Below are positions 47,706 through 58,570 of a stretch of DNA of 60,999 nucleotides, in pieces. The number at the start of each line of letters is the position of its first letter. The stretch's first letter is position 1. Source of the stretch: Chromera velia (Eukaryota). Location: contig JAHBMJ010000001.1 of NCBI GenBank assembly GCA_018398765.1, positions 186,001 to 246,999 on the forward strand, written 5' to 3'. The translations under genes and the position numbers were made by a program. Below the pieces are notes generated by a model. The model did no database searches, was not told the DNA's origin, and saw only the letters and a program-made list of their open reading frames with translations.

Positions 47706-50700
47706 ATGCGAAAATCCTCAAACACTCCCACGGGAGTGAAAAACTACCGCTATGTTTCTGTCCGTCTCAAGGCCGTCCTTGAAGGAGCGACCAAAAGAAC
47801 GCAAAGAGAGACCATCTCACGCTTGCGAAGCTTCTACCCGACAGAACCAACTGGGCACACTCCCATACAGTCAAGGCCAAAGCCCAGAACCGGACCACCC
47901 CCGTTGGCCACATTGCGAATCGACCCCTCATCCCGACGCCCCCCCGTATCTTCAGACTCCAACAAGCACAACCAGAACGCCAACAGCAGAAGAGGAGCGG
48001 GCGCCCTGGGCGGAGGTGCCACCTCACCCCGCGACGCCCCCCCCACCACGTGGCGATCCTCTGCCTCTGCGCGCACCGCCACGGTTGCAGGGAGCGCCTC
48101 TCCTCGCTCTGCGGCCTGGCCCCTTGTCTCTCTACTCGAGGACCTTCTGCTGCTCCGGGTGGGCGTGTGCCTTTTTTTTCGGGGGGGGCTTCCTTTTGTC
48201 AACACAGCAATATGGAGCGCTCTGGGCGCTTGAAAGAGCGAGTTGCGCGCGTGTGTGTGTATATATGTGTGTGTGTGGGTGTGTGTGTGTGTGTGTGTGG
48301 TTGTGCGCGCGCACGTGAGAGAGAGAGTCAGAAAAAAATGGAAAAGTGACTGCACATTCCAATTTGCGTAAGCTTCTGCACGCAGGTGTGTATATGTGTA
48401 CATAGGGGTATTGATCGGTATCGGGGTTGGTGCTTGCAGCTTAGTTTCTCGTTCCGACGTTTGCACGATCACGCTCAGAGGGCCGCGTTGGATGACTTGA
48501 GGGGGGTGTTCAACTTGAAGAGCGGAAAGGAAGGCGGAGGGACGCGTCTTGTACCCCTAGGCGAGACACGGCCTGTCACTGCACGCTCTGCTGTTCATTC
48601 TAATGGCGTCGGAAGGGGGATCGACGGAGACGGCGGCGGCGGCGGGCTCGGGCCCCTTTCTGCAGAGACTGGGAACGCGATTGTGGAGCGGCAGCTGCGA
48701 CGAATGGTGGGGGCGCTGCGGCGTCCTTCGGCAGAGGCTGCTATGCGGGCATTGAAGGAGCATCAGAGCGCGGCAGGTTTGGCGGACATGATCTGGAAAG
48801 GAGGGGGGGAAGAGGGAGGGGAGGGGGGGTGGAAGGGATTTCAGTGGCAGAGGTTTCTGTGTGGAGAGGGCGGAGGGCTGGCTGGAGTTGCGGTGCGGAT
48901 GATAGCACGCGCAGTCTCGCGGTGTGTGAGGCAGCAGAAGACTTCTGCTGTGGGGCAGTGGAGAGCGGCATGCGCTCAGGGCCTCAGGCTGGCGGTCCGT
49001 TTGTTTTTGTGACTGTGTGTGATTCTCTTTCTCGAGGATCTTTTCCTCGTCTATGTTTCTGCATGGTGGTCTGAGTACGCACGCGTCTGTGAGAGGGCCC
49101 TGTTACCATAAAGTGAGTGAGTGCGAAGGTCGATCCAGCCTCGCATGTCTGTGCTTGCGTACGCATCGCTGTCTGTAAAGTTCTGTTACGTGTTTCTTTC
49201 TCTCCGTCTTTCCTTCCCTCCTTCTGACATCTTTCCGCTTTGGCAACTTGGGTGATTTGATTGATTGTGTGATCTGATTTTTCTTTTGGCTTTTGGTTAT
49301 CTCTCCCGAGATCACATAAATGATCACACACACGCTTGCATGCCTGCAGGATCTCGAATTTGCAGCCGAACTTTTCGATCTGCAGAGAGAGAAGGTGCGT
49401 GCGTCAGTTCATATGAACTCGTTCGGGTGAATGTGTTGGTCCGATCTCCAAAGACAGAGACAGACAATGAGAAGCTAGTCAGTCACACTCCCTTCCAGTT
49501 GACCAGGCGTCGAAGCTCCTTCACGGTCTCTTCTGTGCTCATCTCTCTGTCCTCTCTTCTCCCTGGGGATCCATTTGGCGATCTTTCGGCAAGCTTCCAT
49601 GCCTCTGTACCAATCTTTCAATCCATACGCGTACTCATCAACGCCATAGATGTGTGTGTGAATCTGTGTGCGGGAATGAGTGCATGCGTGCAGATGGCCC
49701 TAGCACTGGGGGCTGCGTCGTCCTCGAGAAGGACTCTCCGGGTGTTTTCCCAATGGAAGGTTCTGACGATCAGGAGGTAGGTGTGTTTCTTCCTTCTCTC
49801 TTTTCTCGTCGTGGTGGTTCTATTTTTTCCATCCGGCTCTGCTTCTCTTTCTTTTTCTTCGATGCTTTGTCTGTCGCTCAGTATTTCCCTCCCGCCCTCG
49901 TCCCTCTTTTTTGAGAGTGTGCCTGGACTCACCAAATTGAATGAGTACTGACTGCACGGCCCGAAGTTCCCCTCCTTCATTCCTCCCTCCCGGTGAGCAG
50001 GAAACATGGGACTGAGAGGATGACCTCGGTTCTTCACCGCGCTTCCAGAAGGAGGGCTGCCTTGGGTTGGCGTCTCCTCTGTGTGTACAGACAGACGTCC
50101 CCCCTCCCCGCGCATCTTCTCAGAGCCTTCGACGCCTGCCTCCAGGGGTCGGGTGCCGCGATGGTCTCCGCAGTGTCGGGGGAGAAGGCGAGGAGCAGAA
50201 GGGGAGGAGGTCTGCACGGAATACAGACAGGCACCCACGGGCTGCTGGGGGGGACTCGGCAGGCTGAGACGGCGAGTGAGCCTCACACGGAAAGTGTGAG
50301 AGCAGGTTTGGCGGCGTCGCCTCGTCCCTCTGTGCAATCGCCTCAGAATGGGGCCGTGCCGGGGTCCTCTCCAGCGGGCCCCCTCCGAGCGGGTGGGTCC
50401 TCTCGTGCCCCGGCAGCGCAGGCCCCCCCTGCCGGCATGCCCCCTCTGGAGGCACCCACCGAAGTGCCAACAGCTGCCGAACGAGCCCATCAATTATTGA
50501 AGAAAAGAGGGTCTGTGGAAGAGCTCATAGCTCTCACGCGGTCCCTCCACAGGGCGTTGGTGGCTTCTGACGCGGTGGTCTCAGATGGCAGCTCCGCCAT
50601 CATTGCCGCCAGCACACTCTCCCCCAAAGACGGGGGGGGTCCCCTGTCCCTTTCGTTCGTACCGAAAGGTCCGGGGAAGGATCAGAAGGGAGGGGACCCA

Positions 50701-53700
50701 GGGGAGTGCGTGTTGAATGGTGTCAGGGGTGAGGGGGAGGCGCTCCGGGGTGCCGTGGATGTCCGCTCAGAAGTGTTTGAGCGTTTGCTTGGAGCAAGGG
50801 AGGAAATTGAGAGAAGCCGAAAAGAAAAGGAAGCATCAGGAGAGACACTGCCTGTGCCTCTGCCTGGCAGGATGGTTGCTGATGGTGCCCCCTCCGCCTC
50901 CTCTGGATCCTTCCTGGAAAACACATGGCGGTGGTGTCTGCTGCGGAGAATTGTGCAGAGAAAGATTGTGGCGGAGAGGAGACAGGCAGTCACGGCGTGG
51001 TGGGAAAGGGCAAAAGTCATCGCGGAGGCTCAGAAGCGGCAGCTTTCGGTGCGTGCGTCAGTTATGAGAGGCGGAAAGGAAACAACGTCACTTTCTGTCT
51101 CTCTCTCTTCGGTGTCTCAACGGAAGAAAGGAAAGAAAGAAGAAAGGAGGCGAGGGAGTACGCAAAGCCCCTTAAGGCAGGCGTTGGCCTTCAATGATTT
51201 GGCAGAGCCGTTCCGTTCGCGTCTCTTTCCCTTTTCTTCCGTGGCCTTTTTCTGTTCCTTTCGCTTCTTTTCTTCTTTCCCCTCTTCCTTGCATTCATCC
51301 TCTCTCAATCCTCTGGCTGCTCAGAGAGGAGGCGCACGGCTGCAGGTAATTGAGAGAAGCAGCTGCAACGTGTCCCTCCCTCCATGTGCATGGTTGGACT
51401 TTTTTGAATGTTTTTGCCTTTCCTGCTTACTTTTCCGTGTTCGACTCTTTTTGCCTTTCCCAATCGCTCCGTCCTTCCTTCTTGTCCTTACTTGCCCTTT
51501 CTGTCCCTCCCTGTGTGTGCGTGCAGTCGTTCCCGATCCTCGAGAGTGCTGTCGCCCTCCGTCACCGGTTGGGGCTCCGAAGTGAACGTCTCGTTCTGAT
51601 CCGCTCTTCCTTCGATGTCTGGAAGGGGGAAGTTGAGAGGGTCAAGGCAGAGAAAACGTACGTCAGCCGTCTCTCAAGTGTTCTGCGTGCCATCAAAATG
51701 ATTCAAAGCTTTGTCTCTTTCTTTACCAGTGTACCCACACAGACTCTTGGGCTCTTTCTCTCCCTCTATTTCTACAGCCTGGAAATCGTCTCTTTCCTTT
51801 CCTCACTGAGGTTTACTCGCCACTTTGCGTTTCTTCCGGTTACTGCTTCGCACCTTTCTGCTCCATGTGTCGTTGATTTACATACAACCACCCCCACTAC
51901 TGCCTTTCTCTTGCCTCTCTGCCGGTTGCTTGCCTGGGCTGCTGTCTCTCTGCTGCGTGCAGTCTGAGGGCTAGGGCAGCTCAGCTGATAATCGGACTGA
52001 CCGGACGCCCCTCGGCCTTGCAGAAGTCTTTCGCTGTTGCGCGTCTTGGTTCGCACGCTGCAGCCCTCAAGGCAGCTTCGGCCTCTGGTGAGGGTGCCCC
52101 CCCCCCGGTTGCTGCTGAAAGTGGCAAATCCCCATATGACCTTCAGTTGCGGTCGAAATCGCTTTTCGGGGCCCTTGTGGGGTCAGTGAAAGCATTGCAG
52201 GCTTGGGCTTTCCGGGGCCTTCTTCAGCATGCGTGGGCCAGAAAAGCGAAAATAGAAGAATCCCAAGGGCCCCTCGGGGCTCTCATGCCGTTAGTTGGCG
52301 GTGCGGTCAAGCGAATCAAGCTGGTTTTGCAGGGTTCTGCATTTTCGCACTGGAAAGCGATGGCAGTGCTGCAAGCGGGACGAGACACACTCCCCTGGGG
52401 GCTGTCCCAAAGAGGTGGTGGCAGTGAGATGGCCCCGGAAAGCGGCGGTCCTTTCCGTCGGTCCCGAGGAGACGGGGGGGAGTTGGAGGGACGTCTGGAG
52501 ACGGCAGAGAGGGTCTTCTCGAGAAAGCTGGGGGGGTCTGTTGATCTGGGCCCTTTGTTGAGGGGAGAGGTGATGACGAAATGGAATTGGAAGGACGGGA
52601 AGAGAGTCGAAAGGATATTCAGGGTGGGNNNNNNNNNNNNNNNNNNNCTGTCTCTCTCTCTCTCTTTCTGTGTTTGTGTGTGGGGGGGGTGGGGGCGGGG
52701 CGGGGGCATGCCAGTGTGCGTCTGTAGTGAGAGGCAATCTTTGGTTTTGTCGAACCAGTCCAGATGAATGGATTTGGGGGGGCGGAGGGTAGTAGACTGT
52801 CACACGGACTCATGAGAGCGACACACATGCAGACCGACAGAAAGAAAGAAAGAACTGAAAAGATAAAGAAAGAAAGAAAGAAAGAAAGAAACAGAGGAAA
52901 AGAAAACAAAGAAAGAAGCAAAGAGAGAGAAAAAAATGAATATGTTCGCAGTTTCCTTCCGTTCTCACTGGAGTTGGATATGACGCTGGCGTTGAATTTG
53001 ACAATTTAAAGAACAGAGTGATGTCATGCAGGACTGAAGTCTCGGAACTGTTAGCAAGCAAGGCTGTAAAAAAAGAAATGCAAAATTGATGCTCTCGTGT
53101 CGCCGCAGTGTGTGTTCAAATAGGTGCACACGTTTACCTATTTGTACAAATACATTCGCGGTCTTTGATTCCTTTCTCTTCTCGACTCTTCCGATCATCT
53201 CTCTTTCTCTCTTTGACCCAACCCATTTTTGCCTCCAGGTGACGTCTGACGGCAAGTTGGTCTGGACGCCCTCGTTGGACACCCCTGCGGACACTCTGCA
53301 CATTCCCTCTCTTCACGAAGGAGGGGGGAGGGACGCCAGAGGGATGGACGTGACCCTGACCACGCCCCGCATCGATCTCAGCCAGACGGTGCCGGGAGCC
53401 AACGGGAGGAGTGCCAAAAGACCCAACGCCTCTCTTTCCCCTACGCGTGCCGGGGCCATCCGGGAGCGGTCCAAGTCCAAAGCCCCAAAGAAGGAGAGAC
53501 ACTGCATGGACCTGGCAACCTGTAGGGGTGTGGCGTATGCGTTTGTGTCCAGACAGAGAGTGGCGGCGGGTTGGAGAGCAGAGAGGGACAGGGAGGAGTG
53601 GATGCTTCAGGTAGATAGAGATGATCTATGAGAGCCAGAGATTACGTGCTCTTTCTTTTACGTTGATTCGTGTGGCAGGCATCTTGCTTGATTCGTCTCT

Positions 53701-54121
53701 GTCCCTCTTTCTCTCGCTCTCATCTGAAATCTACAGGACTTTCGTGGTTTCCAGTTTTTTGCTCTTTCCCCCGCTTTTTTTCCACATTCTATTTTCTCTC
53801 TCTTTGTGCGACTGTCAGTCTGTCTGAAACAAAAAAGGAGATGAGACGCTGACTGGGCTCTCCACCTGCCTGGCTGTGTCCATGTGTCTGCATGTCAAAA
53901 GGAAAAAAGAAAAGGAGCAGTCACATAGTCTGTCTGCGTGTCTCCCGCAGTTTGTGTAAGTCTGTGGCTGTGTGTATGTGTGGAGACGAAGAAAAATGCA
54001 ATTTACCCTTCGTGCGCCCCTACAGAACCAATGTCATGAACGCGTGGCTCAAATTCGCGCATGTCTATTTGACTGAGTGTGTGTGTCTCTCTCCGCCTGT
54101 GTCCCTCTCTCCCTCCCTCTC

Positions 54122-54156
<35 letters not shown>

Positions 54157-55439
54157 ATTCGGGGCATCACTTGGCCCTTCATGCCTTCATGCAGGTGATA
54201 GACAATGCCCGGGTGGTTGAGGTGGAGGCAAGGAGTGATCGTCAATTGCGGTGCTGGGTCATGGGTCCGTCTCCTCTTTTTTTTTCTTTCTGCCACCCTG
54301 CCACACCCTTTTCTTTCCTTCCTTCCTGCATTAATTCCTTCGCCCTGCATGTCATCCTTTGCATGCACGGGTACCCTCTCCTTTCCTTTCCTTCCATCAG
54401 AAATGTATCGATCAACATGTCTCTTTCTCATGATTTTGGAGCGATAGAAAATCGGAATCTCATTTGATTGACCTCTCTGTCTCTCCGTCTTGAGTCCTCT
54501 TTCTTTCTTGATTCCCTTTTTTTTTGTGGTGGACGGGCAGCCGTATAGGCAGGCAAGCAAGTAAGATGGAACGGCAGTTTCTGTGTTTCCTTTTGTTTCA
54601 CGAGTGACTGCTTCCACCAACGATTAAAGAAAAGGGTCTTTCCGCTTTCTTTCTTTTAATCTCCCTGTTTGCCTCCCTCCCTGCCTGCCTGATTGCCTGC
54701 AGGCCTCCAGTATTTGATTCAGAACTTCCGCAAGAGCGCTGCCCTAACGTACGACGGGGGCACGATGAACAGGCGGAACGGGGGCATGGCGACTGCCGCT
54801 GCGGTCTACGAGTACCCTGTTTACCCGACAGACCAGAAGACGCTTCTTTTCCGTCTGGTCAGAAGGAAACTCCACCTTGCGGCAGAGGCCAGACGGATTT
54901 CTCTTCCGGACATGTTCAGAGAGGCCGTCTCCTTTTGTCTCCAAACCCCCCTCTCCCGACGGTCCATCCTCACTCTCCACGACGCTCCGCAAGTCTCCTC
55001 CCCCCCCCCTGTACAGGACGCCATGGAGGAGCAGAAAGACCCGAGGAATATCCAAACACAACAGCAGCAACAGAGAAGACCAGGCCAAGGGGCCGGGGGA
55101 GGAGGAGGAAGGTCTGGGCCTGCATTCACACCCCCTCCGAGAAGCGCTCCAGCTCCGAGTACCACAGCCCCCCGCGGCCCCTCAGGGGAGCCTCACAGGG
55201 AGAGAGCCGCGCCGCCACCGACAACCCAGGGTGTTCCTGCTGCCCCCAAAGCTTCGGCTGCCGCCGGCCGGACAGGAGCATTCGGTGCCGGGAGGAAAGG
55301 GAAGGCACAAGCGAAGGCGAACTCGTCTGCGTCTCCGACAGGCGCAACGGTGGGAGGGGGTGCGAGTGGTGGGGGCGGCGGCTGGGGTCTCGGGGCGGCA
55401 CCAAAGAGGGGAGCACAAGCAAGGCAGGCGGGTTGGTGA
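47706..55439 (+). CDS. Large uncharacterised protein (about 1,360 aa) with Sfi1-like W-containing helical motifs and a C-terminal PH-like domain
   Basis: Exons 47706-48158, 48479-48994, 49694-49776, 50001-51048, 51325-51345, 51527-51657, 51963-52623, 53239-53610, 54195-54264 and 54703-55439 splice in frame (4,092 nt). PH-like segment: GEVMTKWNWKDGKRVERIFRVTSDGKLVW...MDLATCRGVAY...VVEVEARSDRQLRCWVMGLQYLI. Recurrent [FLVA]xxW[KR]-type motifs (AVGQWR, VFSQWK, SFDVWK, AFSHWK). Pro/Gly/Ala-rich tail. Confidence 0.7.
52629..52647. other. Assembly gap within an intron
   Basis: N run just after the GTGGG donor. Confidence 0.97.
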
Positions 55440-56000
55440 TGGCATGTTCTCCATCTCCTTTGCACTCGATTGCTAACCTTTTCGCCCCCTTGAAATGTGA
55501 GCGGCAAGTGTGAAGAATGAGGCCTCATTCTACCCCATAAGGGTCCCGATTTGGTATAAGCAATTTATGGTCTACAATGTGTAAATTACTGTGTAATAGT
55601 TGAGCCGTACTTCCTGGCTGCAACAAATTTAATGCCGAACTTTAAAAGTTTAACATGTTTTTTCTATATAGTATTTTGACTGTGTTTCGATCAATTCTTA
55701 CGATATATATAGATTTTTTCAAAGATTTTCCAGATATAGATTTTTTAAATGCGGTAATCTAGTTGGATTACAGAATTACATTGTGTTCGAGGCCGGAGCT
55801 TTAAACTTGCGTGCCAGTCATCTGACATCCGCCTTGCACCATATATTCATGCACATACATGCACATTACTCCACATAACTCTATATCATGCACGCATACT
55901 TGCAACGACACATCTCATCACGACATATGAATTTCTTGCCTTACACTTCAAAACCATTGGTGCTAGTGTGTTGGTGCTTCAATATGTTGTACACTATATC

Positions 56001-57214
56001 TAGTGACCATGTTTGATTTGATTTGAGGTAGGGCTTAAGCTCAAATCAAATATCCAGTCAGGGAGGACCTAGTATTTAAAGACCTATCAAATACGATCAA
56101 ATATTTGATCAATATGACTTTCAACCTCAAATATGAAGGTCCTAAAAAACCTTTTGCAAGTACCGATCCGTCACGCATGCTGATTCAAATAAAAAAACCT
56201 AAATTTTGATGGTTTGCTGCCAACGCGCAGTCGTGTGGTGTTGCAGTAAGCCCTTTATGTTGCAGCCTTTCTGGATCCCCGTTCAAACCTTCTTGCATTT
56301 TCCCCCTCCGAACAGGCTGCACGAGGTGAGAGAGACGTGCAGAGCATGTTTGAACAGTTTTATTTGCAAGGGTTGGTGGAGGCACAGGGAAGGGTTTTCA
56401 GAGACGAGAGTGAGGTGGGTGGGTCTGGAGGTCCCCAGGGTGAAACCCTTGAGGATTTTTTTGGTGACGAGATGCATTCACCAGCTGAACTCGGTCTGAC
56501 AGACACCCAGTCAGCAGACGTCTAGGCAGGCATGGTCCAAGGAGCTGAACTTACCAACTCTGGATGCTTAGCTGCCCAGAAACAGGACGGTTCCAACACC
56601 AACAGTAATAGCAAACGTGTGCGTGGTTCTCCGTCTCACCCCGTTATCATCTCTCCGCAACCGAATAGAAGCCCACGAGCACCCACTCCTGGAAAGCCGA
56701 AAAGCCAGAAAAAAAGCTCTCAGCAGCTCCCACCACCGATCGATTCGATTCACATTAAAGAAAGTGATCATGAAGAAGAGGAAAAGGAAGTGCCATAAAG
56801 CTGAGTAATTGTCACCTCAATTTTGGTACGTGCTCTAACTTTATCGTATCAACAAAAAGTTATATGCAATTTTAAATATATCAATTTTACGTTCTTAATC
56901 TCTATTAGTACTAGAGTGAGTCTCAGTGACTAGTGTATATACACTGCCACACAGGCATATTTTTTTTACGGAACTGATAAGTTATAATTTTATATATATT
57001 TTTTTTAATTTTTGAAACATACATCAGAAATGTTCTGATAACTATTGTCATGAAAAAAATGATTAGAGTGACAGTAAGTCAGTGACTCAGTGAGGAACCC
57101 TAAGAGGTTAACCTCAAATCTTACCTCAAATATCAAATATTTGAGGTTGAAGCTCAAATCAAATTAAATCAAATCAAATCAAATCAAATATAATCAAATC
57201 AAACATGGTCACTA
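56001..57214. mobile_element. Non-autonomous hAT-superfamily DNA transposon
   Basis: Perfect 23-bp TIR TAGTGACCATGTTTGATTTGATT at both ends. The 8-bp target-site duplication ACTATATC sits at 55993-56000 and 57215-57222; 8-bp TSDs and TAG/CAG termini are typical of hAT. Subterminal TCAAA repeats are present. Confidence 0.92.
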
Positions 57215-58570
57215 ACTATATCTACTATTAGTTTGAAAGCTAGTTTGAAAGAAGCGAAGCCACTCCAGTGAAGGGAGACTCTGGAAGAGAGTATTAGAGA
57301 GAATCCGAGGGATGGGGGGATTCAGCAGTACACTCATCCTCATGCTAGTCCTCATGCTAGTGGAAGACTAAACCACAAAAAATTGATCGAGTAGAACCTA
57401 GAATATTACAATCTAAGTTACAATGTAGCTAGATGTATTACAGTGTTGCATAGAGGAATGGAAGGACCAAAGTGAGGGCCACTGTGAGGCGGACGTGCTA
57501 GGAACAAATCTCAAATGTTTCCCCCCACTACCCTCCGCTACCCCCCGCAAAAAAAATCTAAATAAAAAAAATAACTAGCAAAACAATCCATTACAATCTA
57601 TAACTATATGCAAGATAAAATTTAATTAACTTGAATTAAGAACAAAAAAAAAATTTATAAAGACTACGCTTGAGACGTACCTTGAGTATGATAACAGATA
57701 TATGACATAGTGATAGTGATGCTAACAGATATGTATATTGTTCTGTATAGACTGTACTGCTCCGACCCTATTCGTCAAAAGGCAACCAGAATCTAAAAGG
57801 ATCTATAAGGGACCTAGTTCTATGTAGAGACAGGATGTAAGTCTCGTGTAACGTCAGAGTCTAACACTGAATGCTGTGTCTAATACTGTTTGCAGGTTGA
57901 TTTTCTCAAAGGGAATTGATTTTCGAAAAATGCAGAATTGTCGATCTGATCTTGCCAGAAGTGTTGCTTGGATTTTTTGATCTTGATTTATTGATTGAAA
58001 GACTCTGTATTGCTTTTGAGTCTTCCAGAAAGTCTTTTGCATATGCGATAGTCCAACTTTAGTATGATATAGGCCGCGGCTGGCTGGCTCGGCCTTGGCT
58101 TAGTATGATTTTATCTCAGCACGACTCGAAGGATTTTATTTGGTTAAGGTCAAAACACTTGATTTTAGTGTGACTTGAAAGACTTTAGCTCAGCCTTGCT
58201 GGAAGACTTTAGCTTGGCACTGCTCACTGCATGAATTCTATACTAGCTCATACTAGAGCTTCATATGGCTTGATCGGGTATTTTTATATTGCTTGGTCGA
58301 GTATTATTCTAAGTCTAGACCTTGTAGTACTTAGGGTCTAGGTATTTTCCTTTTTCAAAGTTTGGGGTTCCACTACTACATAACATATGCCCCCTTTCAA
58401 AGTTTGGGGTTCTACACTCAAATCACTGAGGCCTCAGCCGGAAGTCTGAGCGACCATTGCGCCAGATAAAAACGTGAAGGGGAAAATCACTGATTTGCAA
58501 CTTGCCATCTTCTTTAAGATTTCGATCTTCCTTTCGGATCCAAGTAAGTTTGGCAGGAGGACATTGTTTG

